Shown piece by piece: positions 8,568-18,655 of a DNA stretch of 64,000 nucleotides (its first letter is position 1; each line of letters opens with the position of its first letter). The stretch covers positions 16,279 to 80,278 of the forward strand of contig JACRLN010000033.1 of the NCBI GenBank assembly GCA_016215115.1, read 5' to 3'. The notes below the pieces were generated by a model that was not told the origin of the DNA, did not search any database, and saw only the letters and a list, made by a program, of their open reading frames with translations. The translations under genes were made by a program, and so were the position numbers. This DNA is from Nitrospirota bacterium (GTDB lineage: Bacteria; Nitrospirota; Thermodesulfovibrionia; UBA6902).

Positions 8568-11276
8568 ATGAGAACTAAAAAAACAACTCTGACATTTCCT
8601 GTCTTCTTATTACTTTTTACTGCCTACTGCCTGCTGCCTGCTTTTACTTATGCTATCGATCCAAAAGATGTAATCAAAGCCATTGAAGTTGAGGGTTTGA
8701 GCCGTATAAGCAGGAAAGAATTGATAGATATAATCTGTTTTAAGGTCGGAGATGTTATTGACAGGGAAGCTTTAAGATACGGAATAAGGAGAGCATTTAC
8801 AAAAGGTATTTTCCATGATGTAAAGGCTGTATCTGTTCCTTATGAAGACGGGATCAAATTGAGGTATATTGTAAAAGAAATACCTCTAATAAAAGAAATT
8901 AAGGTAGAAGGAAATAAAAATATATCAAGCAGGGATATTAAAAAGGTAATTCTGTATAAAGAAGGAGAAGATTTTAAGGAAGAGTATGTTGACAAGGCAA
9001 AAACCGACCTTGCCGATTTCTATAAAAGAAAAGGTTTTCCCGGGGCGGCAATCACAATTACTACAGAAAATATAAAAAAAGCATCTGCCATAGAAATGCA
9101 TATAAATATAGATGAAGGACAGCCGTTAATTATTAAAAAGATCGATGTGTCTGATGATATTAAAGAAATGTTCAGAGTCCGGGAAGGGAAAGTATTTGAC
9201 AGGGACATCGTGGACCAGGAATTAAGAAGACTGGAGGGTTATTTAAAAAGACAGAACTATATTCATCCGGTTATTGGGCCCTATGAATTTACCGACGGAA
9301 ATCTTGTCATTCCTGTCAAAAAGGGACCAAGACTGGAGTTGGTTTTCAGGGGAAATTTATCAGTCAGTTCAAAGAAGCTCAGCAATGAAGTCCCTTTCTT
9401 TGAGGATCAGGCAGTAACAGATGAGACGATACAGGAAGCGATAGACCGCATTAGAGACATTTATTTAAGTGAAGGATATTACCATGCCCAGGTTGCAGCA
9501 GGGATCCAGAGCGAAGATGATATAATAAAAATTACATTTATTGTATTTGAAGGAAAAAAGGTTTTTCTGAAAAAAATAGTTTTTCAGGGCATCAGTATAT
9601 CACCTGACGTTTTAAAAAGGATAATCCCGGTTGAAGAAGAGAAACCATATATTGAGAATGTCCTTGAGGCAAGCAGGGAAGCGATTATCAGATTTTATAA
9701 TGCACTTGGTTATCTTAAGACTGATGTTACAGGTGTAGAAAAAAATATTACAAAAGATGGCGGAGAACTGGAACTTATTTTCAATATCAAGGAAGGTCCT
9801 CAGACAAGAATTAAGGCAATTGAAATTTCCGGAAATAAAAATATCGGCACCCCTGAAATAAAGAATGTACTGCGACTCCAGGAAGAAATGCCCTATAACG
9901 TAATTGATATCGGAGATGCAAGATACAGGATTATCTCATTATACAGCAGGTATGGCTATATAGATGCGCACGTAGAAGTTGAGAGTGAAATTGATGATGA
10001 TAAGGCCTTCATAACATTCAGGATAAAAGAAAATAAACCCTCTGTTATCGGAAAGATTATTTACCGCGGAAACCTGAAGACGAAACTCAAGATTATAGAG
10101 CGTGAACTTACTCTCAATGAAGGCGCGCCTTTTAATTATGAAGAACTTTTAAAAACAAAACAGAGGCTTTACAAACTCGGTATTTTCAGCGAAGTGTCTA
10201 TAGATACACTGGAACCGCAAAAGGTTAGTGAGGACCAGGTTGCAAGAGACATACTCGTTACTTTAAGGGAAAGCAATGCCGGCTCAGTCGAAATAAGCCT
10301 CGGTTACGGCGACTATGAAAGATTCAGGGGGGTACTGGATATTAATTACCGTAACCTCGGGGGGTATAACAGGCAGGCAGGGTTCCGGACAGAAATCAGT
10401 TCAGTAAAGCAAAGATATGCTTTTTCATTTAAAGAGCCGAGGTTTTTCAATAAGCCTGATTTGCCGTTTAATGTTTTGTTAATGAAGGAGAATACCAGAT
10501 CGGTGAATCTTGACACAAATGAGGTTCTTTATAAAGTTGACAGAACGAGTTTGCTTCTGGGTGTTGAAAGGGAAATAAAGAAAAACTGGAAGGCAAACCT
10601 TAACTATGAATATGCTTTTGTCGACACAAAAGATGTGCAGCCAGGCGTAATATTAAGTAAAGAAGATAGCGGTACTATAGCCATAGGTAGTGTTTCCGCC
10701 TCCCTTTTTTATGATAACAGGGATGACCCTTTTGATCCTGTGTCAGGGGCCCTGAACGGAATTGTAATTAAGATCGCCTCGAAAACCCTTTTATCAGAGA
10801 GCGAATTTATAAAGGGGACCTTTCAGAGTTCCTGGTTTTTCCCATTAGCAAAAAAAATTGTTTTTGCTTTTTCTTTGCGCGGGGGCGCAGCTTACAGTTA
10901 TGATCACATTAAAGAACTGCCCCTTATTGAAAGATTTTTTCTTGGAGGGAGATCGACTGTAAGAGGATACAATAATGATACGCTGGGCCCCAAAGGGAAA
11001 GATGATAATCCGACCGGAGGCAATATATTTGCACTTGCAAACAGTGAATTCAGATTTTCTATCGGGAAAGGATTCGGACTTGTAACGTTTGTCGATGCCG
11101 GTAATGTCTGGAAATTAGCGGAGAATATAAGGGCGGAACTGAAGTATACGACAGGTTTGGGATTAAGGTACGGGACGCCTGTCGGACCTGTCAGGATAGA
11201 TTATGGACATAAGATCAACAGGGAGAAAGGTGAAAGTTCAGGTGAGCTTCATTTCAGTTTTGGACAAGCCTTTTAA
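8568..11276 (+). CDS. Omp85-family outer membrane protein (BamA/TamA-like, multiple POTRA domains)
   Basis: repeated POTRA motifs, ERFFLGG...VRGY, TPVGPVRIDYG, terminal F. Confidence 0.9.
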   Translation: MRTKKTTLTFPVFLLLFTAYCLLPAFTYAIDPKDVIKAIEVEGLSRISRKELIDIICFKVGDVIDREALRYGIRRAFTKGIFHDVKAVSVPYEDGIKLRYIVKEIPLIKEIKVEGNKNISSRDIKKVILYKEGEDFKEEYVDKAKTDLADFYKRKGFPGAAITITTENIKKASAIEMHINIDEGQPLIIKKIDVSDDIKEMFRVREGKVFDRDIVDQELRRLEGYLKRQNYIHPVIGPYEFTDGNLVIPVKKGPRLELVFRGNLSVSSKKLSNEVPFFEDQAVTDETIQEAIDRIRDIYLSEGYYHAQVAAGIQSEDDIIKITFIVFEGKKVFLKKIVFQGISISPDVLKRIIPVEEEKPYIENVLEASREAIIRFYNALGYLKTDVTGVEKNITKDGGELELIFNIKEGPQTRIKAIEISGNKNIGTPEIKNVLRLQEEMPYNVIDIGDARYRIISLYSRYGYIDAHVEVESEIDDDKAFITFRIKENKPSVIGKIIYRGNLKTKLKIIERELTLNEGAPFNYEELLKTKQRLYKLGIFSEVSIDTLEPQKVSEDQVARDILVTLRESNAGSVEISLGYGDYERFRGVLDINYRNLGGYNRQAGFRTEISSVKQRYAFSFKEPRFFNKPDLPFNVLLMKENTRSVNLDTNEVLYKVDRTSLLLGVEREIKKNWKANLNYEYAFVDTKDVQPGVILSKEDSGTIAIGSVSASLFYDNRDDPFDPVSGALNGIVIKIASKTLLSESEFIKGTFQSSWFFPLAKKIVFAFSLRGGAAYSYDHIKELPLIERFFLGGRSTVRGYNNDTLGPKGKDDNPTGGNIFALANSEFRFSIGKGFGLVTFVDAGNVWKLAENIRAELKYTTGLGLRYGTPVGPVRIDYGHKINREKGESSGELHFSFGQAF

Positions 11277-11309
11277 AAAAAGTAAGAAGTGAGAAGTGAG
11301 AAATAAGAA

Positions 11310-11858
11310 ATGGTAAACAAAAAAATAATTTTCGGAAGTTTAATCTTTATTTTACTTCTTACTTCCTACTTCCTACTTCCTACTTTATCTCGTTCCGAGA
11401 TACTCGAGCGGATCGTGGCGATAGTAAATAATAATGTTATTTTGCTGAGTGAATATGAAGATGCCCTTGAAGCCGCAAGAAAGTCTGACCAAAAAGTGAC
11501 AGAGGACGTTGTTCTTGATGAAATGATAAACAGGATATTGATTCTGGAACAGGCAAAAAGATTAAGTTTGGGCAGTACATCGGATTCGACTGAAAATGTG
11601 AATGATGATAAACTGATAAAAGAATATATAGAGAGAAGGATAAAAGCGCTTATCCATATTCCCATAGATGAAATTGAATCTTATTATAAGAATAACAGGG
11701 GACGGTTTGCTGAGAAGGCATTCTATGAAGTCAAGGACGAAATAGAAGGTTATCTGGTGGAGGGAGAATTAAAAAGAAAGATTGCTGAACATGTTGAGGA
11801 ACTGAGGAAGAAGGCTTATATCCGGATACAATTGGGGAACGGAGATAAAAATCATTAG
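11310..11858 (+). CDS. SurA N-terminal-domain periplasmic chaperone-like protein
   Basis: ERIVAIVNNNVILLSE, ELRKKAYI; no PPIase domain. Confidence 0.75.
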   Translation: MVNKKIIFGSLIFILLLTSYFLLPTLSRSEILERIVAIVNNNVILLSEYEDALEAARKSDQKVTEDVVLDEMINRILILEQAKRLSLGSTSDSTENVNDDKLIKEYIERRIKALIHIPIDEIESYYKNNRGRFAEKAFYEVKDEIEGYLVEGELKRKIAEHVEELRKKAYIRIQLGNGDKNH

Positions 11859-11870
11859 GTAAAGTAAGTT

Positions 11871-12365
11871 TTACAATTCCATTATCACTGCAAGTTCATT
11901 GCATTCCGGGAATTTGTGGCATTTGAGACACTCCCCCCAGATTTTCTGTGGAAGGGCGTTTTTGTCAATATCATTAAAACCTAATTCTTTAAAAAATCCC
12001 GGATGGTAAGTAAGTGCAAATACTTTTTTTATACCGAGTGTTTCTGCTTCAATCAGGCATTTTTTCACCAGCTTTTTGCCTATGCCTTTGCCCTGATAAT
12101 TTTGCGATACAGCAACGGACCTGATTTCAGCAAGATCTTCCCATAGAATGTGGAGGGCGGCGACCCCGATAATTTTATCATTCTCAAGGCATACATAGAA
12201 ATCGCGGATGTTCTCATAGATTTCATTCAGAGAACGCGGCAGCATCTCATCTTTATTGGCAAATTGATTGACAAGCGTATGTATTAGCTTTGTGTCTGTT
12301 ATAACAGCTTTTTTGATCTGTAGTTTAGTTGAAACCTTTTTTTTCACTTTTCTTATAAAGCTCAA
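11871..12365 (-). CDS. argA: short GNAT amino-acid N-acetyltransferase (ArgA-type); start uncertain
   Basis: MLPRSLNEIYENIRDF, AEIRSVAV, LPQKIWGECLKC. Confidence 0.8.
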   Translation of the reverse strand: MSFIRKVKKKVSTKLQIKKAVITDTKLIHTLVNQFANKDEMLPRSLNEIYENIRDFYVCLENDKIIGVAALHILWEDLAEIRSVAVSQNYQGKGIGKKLVKKCLIEAETLGIKKVFALTYHPGFFKELGFNDIDKNALPQKIWGECLKCHKFPECNELAVIMEL

Positions 12366-13305
12366 TCAGGACTCCTTCTCTAAGTCCATAATTGCTGACT
12401 GTAATTTCTTTAAAGTTGAAAATTTCCATCAACTTTAAAAGTATAAGTGTTCCCGGCACTATAATGTCAAGCCTTGAGGGCTCAAAAGGGATAAATTTTC
12501 CTCTCTCATGGGAGCTGACGGCGGAAATGGCGCAGAAGATATTTTTTACCTTTCTCCTTGTCAATCTGGCAGCATGAATTTTTTTATGTTCAAATATTTT
12601 CAGTTTCTTTGCCACAGCGGCAAGTGTTGTTATTGTGCCCGCTGTACCGATAAAGGCAGTTTTGAGTTTTGAGTTATGAGATATGAGTTTTAAGTATGGT
12701 TTCACGATTTTTCCGATTTCCTGAGAAATGTATCGGTCCATTTTAATTAAATCTTCTTTCAATGGAGGATCGTGCTTCATATATTTGCCTGCCAGATATA
12801 CAACCCCGAGATTCAGGCTGTGAACAATTGAAGGTTTACCATGTCTTGAGAATATTAACTCGGTACTGCCGCCTCCTATATCGACCATTAGAGAGGTATC
12901 AGGCGCTGAGATATCTATTAACATACCCGAGGCGGTTTTTCTTGCCTCTTCTTCTCCGCTGATTATCTTTATATTAAGTCCTGTGGCTGCCTTTGCCTTT
13001 TTCAGGAATTCATCGCTGTTCTTTGCCTCCCTGAGGGCGCTTGTGGCTACTGCTGAAATATTATGGACATCATATTGTGACAGGATATCACTGAATTTAC
13101 CGAGAACCGTCAGGCTTTTTTTTATCGCTTCATTCTTAAGAAACCCATTACGTGAAATCCCTGATCCAAGTCTTGTAATTGTTCTGTCTGAAAAGATTTC
13201 ATTAATTGAATAAATGTCTTTTCGGGGATTATAGCGGACGCTGGCAATCAGCAGTCTGAAAGTGTTTGTTCCAATGTCAATTGCTCCAAGAGGTCTATTT
13301 TTCAC
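12325..13305 (-). CDS. ppx: Ppx/GppA phosphatase
   Basis: IDIGTNTFRL, ATSALREA, DIGGGSTE, GLREG. Confidence 0.9.
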   Translation of the reverse strand: MKNRPLGAIDIGTNTFRLLIASVRYNPRKDIYSINEIFSDRTITRLGSGISRNGFLKNEAIKKSLTVLGKFSDILSQYDVHNISAVATSALREAKNSDEFLKKAKAATGLNIKIISGEEEARKTASGMLIDISAPDTSLMVDIGGGSTELIFSRHGKPSIVHSLNLGVVYLAGKYMKHDPPLKEDLIKMDRYISQEIGKIVKPYLKLISHNSKLKTAFIGTAGTITTLAAVAKKLKIFEHKKIHAARLTRRKVKNIFCAISAVSSHERGKFIPFEPSRLDIIVPGTLILLKLMEIFNFKEITVSNYGLREGVLIELYKKSEKKGFN

Positions 13306-13612
13306 GATGAAATTATAAGAGAAAATGACATGAATTTGCTATTGAAATTTTATTTTTTTTTGCTTATGAAATTATTACTGCAGATGAAGTCCCCTGAGCC
13401 CGCCCTTACGTGGCTTGCTTTGAAAAAAGGGGGGGAATAGTCCCCGTAACTGAGGGGTTACTACAGAGAACGGTTGAGAGTGGCAGTGATTTCATAGCAT
13501 TGAAATAAAGTTAGTTAAAATGTCAAAATTATCTTCCAAATCAATTTCGATTGGACATGTGTTATTTTGTTTGAGATAATCCATATAATGTTTACAGGAG
13601 ATAAAACCGGAT

Positions 13613-16294
13613 ATGCTTGAGAAAAGATACGAACCAAAGGACATTGAGAAGAAGTGGTATGACTTCTGGATTGAAAAGGACTATTTCAGGGCAGAGGCTA
13701 AAAGCGACAAGCCTGCTTACTGCATAGTTATCCCGCCGCCGAATATTACAGGTTCTTTGCACATCGGTCATGCGCTCGATATTACTCTTCAGGACATAAT
13801 GATCCGGTGGAAGAGGATGTCTGGGTTTAATACACTATGGCTGCCTGGAACAGACCACGCTGGTATCGCTACTCAGAATGTTGTCGAAAAAGAACTGCAA
13901 AAACAAAACACAGACAGACATGTACTCGGCAGGGAGAAATTCATTGAGAAGGTATGGGAATGGAAGAAACTGTACGGTGGCACAATAATCAATCAGTTGA
14001 AAAGCATAGGCGCATCTTGCGATTGGAGCAGGGAAAGGTTTACTCTCGATGAAGGACTATCGAGAGCGGTGAAGGAAGTATTTGTCAGGCTTTATGAAGA
14101 AGGACTGATTTACAGGGGCGAATACCTCATCAACTGGTGCCCGCGATGCCATACTGCATTATCTGATCTGGAAGTAGAACATGAGGACAAACAAGGCAAG
14201 CTTTATTACATAAAATATAGTTTCATGGATGGAAACGGACATATTACGGTCGCCACCACAAGGCCTGAAACATACCTCGGCGACACGGCGGTTGCCGTTA
14301 ATCCCGAAGATGACAGATATAAACATCTCATCGGTAAAAAGATAAGGTTGCCGATTATTAACAGGGATGTCCCGATCATAGCGGATGAATTTGTCGACGC
14401 TTCTTTTGGCACCGGCGCTGTTAAAGTAACTCCTGCACACGACCCCAATGATTTTGATATGGGCAAGAGACATAATCTGCCGTTCATCAATATATTAACA
14501 GGTGATGGAAAAATGTCGGAGGAGGCAGGCCCGTACAAAGGACAGGACAGGTTTGAATGCAGGGGGAATATTCTGAAAGACCTGGAAGAAACCGGTCATC
14601 TTGAAATGGTAACAGATCACAATCTTGCAATCGGACACTGCTACAGATGCAAGACCATTGTTGAACCATATCTCTCCATGCAATGGTTTGTGAAAATAAA
14701 GCCTCTCGCTGATGAAGCAATAAAGGCTGTAAAAGACGGTCGTGTGAAAATTATTCCATCAGGATGGGAGAACAGTTATTTTGACTGGATGGAAAACATC
14801 AGGGACTGGTGCATATCACGCCAGATATGGTGGGGGCACAGGATCCCGGTCTGGTACTGCCAGGAAATGCGGAATGCGGAATGCGGAATGCGGAACGGGA
14901 CCATTGTATCACGGGACGAGCCAAAGTCATGTCCCTACTGCGGTTCCGGGAGTCTATTTCAGGACGATGATGTGCTTGATACGTGGTTTTCATCAGCGCT
15001 CTGGCCCTTTTCCACTCTTGGCTGGCCTGATGATACTGAGGACCTGAATACTTTTTATCCCACCAGCGTTTTGATAACAGGATTTGACATCTTATTCTTC
15101 TGGGTTGCACGGATGATTATGATGGGATTGAAATTCAGGGACCAGGAACCGTTTAAACATGTATATATTCACGCATTAATCAGGGATGCTGAAGGACAGA
15201 AGATGAGCAAATCAAAGGGCAATGTGGTAGACCCTCTCAAAATGACCGAAATGTACGGCACGGATGCGTTCAGGTTTACGCTTGCAGCTTATGCGGCGCA
15301 GGGAAGGGATATTAAATTTTCCGAGCAGCGGGTTGAAGGATACAGACACTTTCTCAACAAGATCTGGAACGTAGCAAGATTTATCTCCATGAATGTAAAA
15401 GAAGGAGAAGAAAGGGCCCTTGCGGTAAAAGTTAAGAACCTGAGCCTTGCCGACAGATGGGTACTGAGCCGTCTCTCGTCAGTTTGTTCAGAAATAAATA
15501 AAGCACTCGAAGAATACAGATTTAATGACGCAGCGGGCGCTTTATATCAATTCATATGGCATGAACTGTGCGATTGGTATGTTGAGATGATCAAGCCTGA
15601 ATTGTACGGTGACTATGAGGAGTCAAAAAGAGCGGCGTTTTTCACTTTAGTACATGTCTTTGAAGTCTCACTTGCATTATTGCATCCATTTATGCCATAT
15701 ATCACTGAAGAAATCTGGCAGCAGTTACCCGGTAAAAAAGAAGATGAAAGCCTTTGTATCCGTGAATATCCTTCTACTGAAGATGGTATTGAGGATAAAG
15801 ACGCCGAGAAAAAAATGAATATAGTAATGGATGCAGTAACGTGCATTAGAAGCATCCGGGGTGAATTGAATTTATCGCCGTCGCTGGAACTCCAGGCATT
15901 GATCAAGACATCAAATAGTACTGAAAACATTTTAAAAGAAAATATTACATACCTGGAAAAATTAGCAAAAGCAAAAAATATAGAGATAGGGAAAGAAATT
16001 CTTCCTCCTAAAAATGCTGCGACTGCGATCAAACCGGCTATGGAAGTATTCGTTCCGCTTGAAGGATTATTTGATATAGATGCTGAAATCAGCAGATTGA
16101 GCAAAGAGAAAATCAAGATTGAAGAGGATATCGAGTATGTTAAAAAGAAGCTTTCAAATGAAGATTTTACAAGCAAGGCACCTCAGGCTGTGGTTGAAGA
16201 AAATAAAGATAAGTATATTAATTATTTAGATAAATTACAATCAATTCAAAACAATATTGATAAACTTAATCAATGGAGGGAGTCCAATGAGTGA
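13613..16294 (+). CDS. valS: valine--tRNA ligase
   Basis: PPPNITGSLHIGH, KMSKS, C-terminal coiled coil. Confidence 0.98.
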   Translation: MLEKRYEPKDIEKKWYDFWIEKDYFRAEAKSDKPAYCIVIPPPNITGSLHIGHALDITLQDIMIRWKRMSGFNTLWLPGTDHAGIATQNVVEKELQKQNTDRHVLGREKFIEKVWEWKKLYGGTIINQLKSIGASCDWSRERFTLDEGLSRAVKEVFVRLYEEGLIYRGEYLINWCPRCHTALSDLEVEHEDKQGKLYYIKYSFMDGNGHITVATTRPETYLGDTAVAVNPEDDRYKHLIGKKIRLPIINRDVPIIADEFVDASFGTGAVKVTPAHDPNDFDMGKRHNLPFINILTGDGKMSEEAGPYKGQDRFECRGNILKDLEETGHLEMVTDHNLAIGHCYRCKTIVEPYLSMQWFVKIKPLADEAIKAVKDGRVKIIPSGWENSYFDWMENIRDWCISRQIWWGHRIPVWYCQEMRNAECGMRNGTIVSRDEPKSCPYCGSGSLFQDDDVLDTWFSSALWPFSTLGWPDDTEDLNTFYPTSVLITGFDILFFWVARMIMMGLKFRDQEPFKHVYIHALIRDAEGQKMSKSKGNVVDPLKMTEMYGTDAFRFTLAAYAAQGRDIKFSEQRVEGYRHFLNKIWNVARFISMNVKEGEERALAVKVKNLSLADRWVLSRLSSVCSEINKALEEYRFNDAAGALYQFIWHELCDWYVEMIKPELYGDYEESKRAAFFTLVHVFEVSLALLHPFMPYITEEIWQQLPGKKEDESLCIREYPSTEDGIEDKDAEKKMNIVMDAVTCIRSIRGELNLSPSLELQALIKTSNSTENILKENITYLEKLAKAKNIEIGKEILPPKNAATAIKPAMEVFVPLEGLFDIDAEISRLSKEKIKIEEDIEYVKKKLSNEDFTSKAPQAVVEENKDKYINYLDKLQSIQNNIDKLNQWRESNE
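14866..14893 (+). repeat. (AATGCGG)4 heptamer array inside valS
   Basis: four perfect tandem copies. Confidence 0.9.
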
Positions 16295-16772
16295 GGGAAC
16301 TTTGGAAATAGAGAAAAGCAGAGCGCAGGTTATAGAAGGAGAGTTTATTAACATAAAACAGAGTTCAATCAGATCGGTTGAAGGTGGCCATGTAGAAATG
16401 CAGCGGGTGGGTGCTCTTACAATAGATGGTGAGAAAGTCGATGTAATGCAGGGCGCTACATGCGTTATAAAGGCAGAAGAGTTAAATCTTAACCAGAGCA
16501 TCTGCATGGTGACTGTTGCAGGGGAAGCCTCGATAAATTCTTCGTGTTCTCTTGTCACGGTTGCCGGAAACAATATAAATGAGATTAACAAAAGCGCTGT
16601 CGGCGTCATGGCAGCCAATAATATTAAAGTTGAAAATACTACATCCTTAATCATGATAGCTAAAAATATCGAGGGCAATGTAAAAACGGTTTTGGACTGG
16701 CGGGCAGCTCTTGCCTTCGGCGCAGCTTTCGGAGGCGTGTTGGGATTGATAAAGATATTATCGAAAAAATAG
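16287..16772 (+). CDS. hypothetical repetitive beta-rich protein with C-terminal Gly-rich TM segment
   Basis: SD GGAGG, overlaps the valS stop, roughly 15-aa periodicity, C-terminal AALAFGAAFGGVLGLI. Confidence 0.75.
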   Translation: MSEGTLEIEKSRAQVIEGEFINIKQSSIRSVEGGHVEMQRVGALTIDGEKVDVMQGATCVIKAEELNLNQSICMVTVAGEASINSSCSLVTVAGNNINEINKSAVGVMAANNIKVENTTSLIMIAKNIEGNVKTVLDWRAALAFGAAFGGVLGLIKILSKK

Positions 16773-16773
16773 G

Positions 16774-16801
16774 GTAGGGGCAATTCATGAATTGCCCCTA
16801 C
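16774..16801. repeat. GTAG-type REP palindrome
   Basis: perfect palindrome GTAGGGGCAATTCATGAATTGCCCCTAC. Confidence 0.85.
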
Positions 16802-16847
16802 TTCTCCGGTCAACCCGGAGAATGATGACAATAGGAGTTTGTTCATT

Positions 16848-17705
16848 ATGGCAAAAATAGATTATGCAATTGTAGATAACATCCTTCTCAACGTCCTGCT
16901 TGAAGATATCGGCAGTGGCGATGTGACGACATCAGCTCTGATTCCTGAAAAACATGTCTCTAATGCGGTAATCATTGCCAAAGGAGATTTCATTCTTGCG
17001 GGGCTTCCTTTTGCGGAGAGAATTTTTAAATTAACAGACAGGAACATAAAATTCAGGGCTGTTAAAAAAGACGGCAGCAGGATAAAAGCCAAAACCATTA
17101 TTGCGAAAATCAGCGGTAATACAGGAAACCTGTTAATGGCTGAAAGGACAGCGTTAAATTTCCTTCAACGGCTCTCAGGGATAGCGACTCTCACAGACAA
17201 ATATGTTCAAAGTGTAAAAGGTTTAAAAGTGAAAATTACAGATACCAGGAAAACGGCTCCGGGTCTCAGGTTTTTTGACAAATATGCGGTAAGAACCGGC
17301 GGAGGTTCTAACCATCGTTACGGACTTTTTGACGGTGTGCTTATTAAAGACAACCATATCGCAGCACTTGGCGGAGTCGGGAAGGCAGTAAAACTGGCCC
17401 GTGCAAAAGTTCATCATTTATTCAATATCGAGGTAGAGGTAAAAAATATTCCTGAAGTAAAAGAGGCGTTGTCCTCAGGGGCCAACGTGATCATGCTCGA
17501 TAATATGAATATTGATATGATGAAAAGGGCAGTAAGCATTATCCGCCAGAAGAATTCCGATGTGTTAATAGAAGCATCAGGTAATGTAACATTTGAAAAT
17601 GTGCGTTCAATTGGCGAAACAGGCGTAGACCTGATATCTATCGGCGCCCTTACTCATTCCGCTCCCGCTGCAGATGTAAGCATGAAGATCAGCTCCGGGA
17701 AATGA
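16848..17705 (+). CDS. nadC: nicotinate-nucleotide pyrophosphorylase
   Basis: EDIGSGDVT, DTRKT, LIKDNH, IMLDNM. Confidence 0.97.
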   Translation: MAKIDYAIVDNILLNVLLEDIGSGDVTTSALIPEKHVSNAVIIAKGDFILAGLPFAERIFKLTDRNIKFRAVKKDGSRIKAKTIIAKISGNTGNLLMAERTALNFLQRLSGIATLTDKYVQSVKGLKVKITDTRKTAPGLRFFDKYAVRTGGGSNHRYGLFDGVLIKDNHIAALGGVGKAVKLARAKVHHLFNIEVEVKNIPEVKEALSSGANVIMLDNMNIDMMKRAVSIIRQKNSDVLIEASGNVTFENVRSIGETGVDLISIGALTHSAPAADVSMKISSGK

Positions 17706-17855
17706 CAGGTTACGGGTTGCAATAATTGTTTAAAGCGTGTCATCCCCGCAGTCCTTTGAGCGGGGATCCAGTTCTCCGGTTTCTGGATTCCCGCTTAACA
17801 GATCGCGGGAATGACAATCCAAATAGTTTTTTGTCACCCATAACTGAGGGGTTAC
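17706..17855. mobile_element. MITE family B copy (left TIR truncated)
   Basis: near-identical to 27804-27961. Confidence 0.85.
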
Positions 17856-17938
17856 ATTTTTCGTCCTGGTTTAATTGACAATCTGCTTAAACACTCCTTA
17901 TAATTTAAAGTCAAAGTTGAACCAGAAGGTCTTTGAAT

Positions 17939-18460
17939 ATGAAGGTAAATGTTTCAGGTATCCCGGAAGAAGGTCTGCAGCAGGAAGCAGACCTTCCGAT
18001 AATAATAAATAATAAAACAAAACCCGATATTGCACATGTTTTTATAAAGGTTTTCAGATTTAAAAAAAGGGTTTTGATTGAAGGTACGGCAAAGATCTCC
18101 GTGGCATTAAAATGCGGCCGTTGTTTGAAGGAAGCTTTGTTGCCGTTTGATATTGCTTTTAAGGAAGAATATATTCCTGCAGAAGATATCAGAGGAGAAA
18201 TCGAACAGGAATTATCTGACAGGGATTTAGACCTCGGTTTTTACAGTAATGATGAATTGGATATTAAGGAAATTGTAAAGGAGCAGGTTCTTCTTTCTGT
18301 TCCCATGAAGCCTCTCTGCAGGGATGATTGCCGGGGATTATGCCTCGTATGCGGAAAGGATTTAAACGAGGGTGCATGTAATTGCAGGAAAGAAGAAATA
18401 GATCCGAGGCTGGCCCCGCTCGCAAAGTTTAAAGAAATTTTAAAGGACCGAAAGGAGTAA
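17939..18460 (+). CDS. yceD: DUF177/YceD protein
   Basis: CGRCL, PMKPLCRDDCRGLCLVCG, DPRLAPL; upstream of rpmF. Confidence 0.9.
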   Translation: MKVNVSGIPEEGLQQEADLPIIINNKTKPDIAHVFIKVFRFKKRVLIEGTAKISVALKCGRCLKEALLPFDIAFKEEYIPAEDIRGEIEQELSDRDLDLGFYSNDELDIKEIVKEQVLLSVPMKPLCRDDCRGLCLVCGKDLNEGACNCRKEEIDPRLAPLAKFKEILKDRKE

Positions 18461-18463
18461 AAG

Positions 18464-18655
18464 ATGCCGAATCCAACGTCACGACACACAAGATCAAGAA
18501 GGGACAAGAGACGCGCAAACTGGAAGATACAGTTATCCAGTTTATCTGTTTGTCCTGAGTGTCAGGAGCCGAAACTTCCACACAGGGTATGTATGAGCTG
18601 CGGAAGTTATAACGGTAAAAAGATACTCGAGGTTGTTGAAAAAGAATCCGTATGA
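18464..18655 (+). CDS. rpmF: 50S ribosomal protein L32 (Zn-ribbon form)
   Basis: RRDKRRA, CPECQ..PHRVCMSCG. Confidence 0.97.
   Translation: MPNPTSRHTRSRRDKRRANWKIQLSSLSVCPECQEPKLPHRVCMSCGSYNGKKILEVVEKESV

Noticed and set aside
13321-13612. T-box leader for valS
   Set aside because: No GGTGGNACCGCG T-box sequence or terminator is visible.
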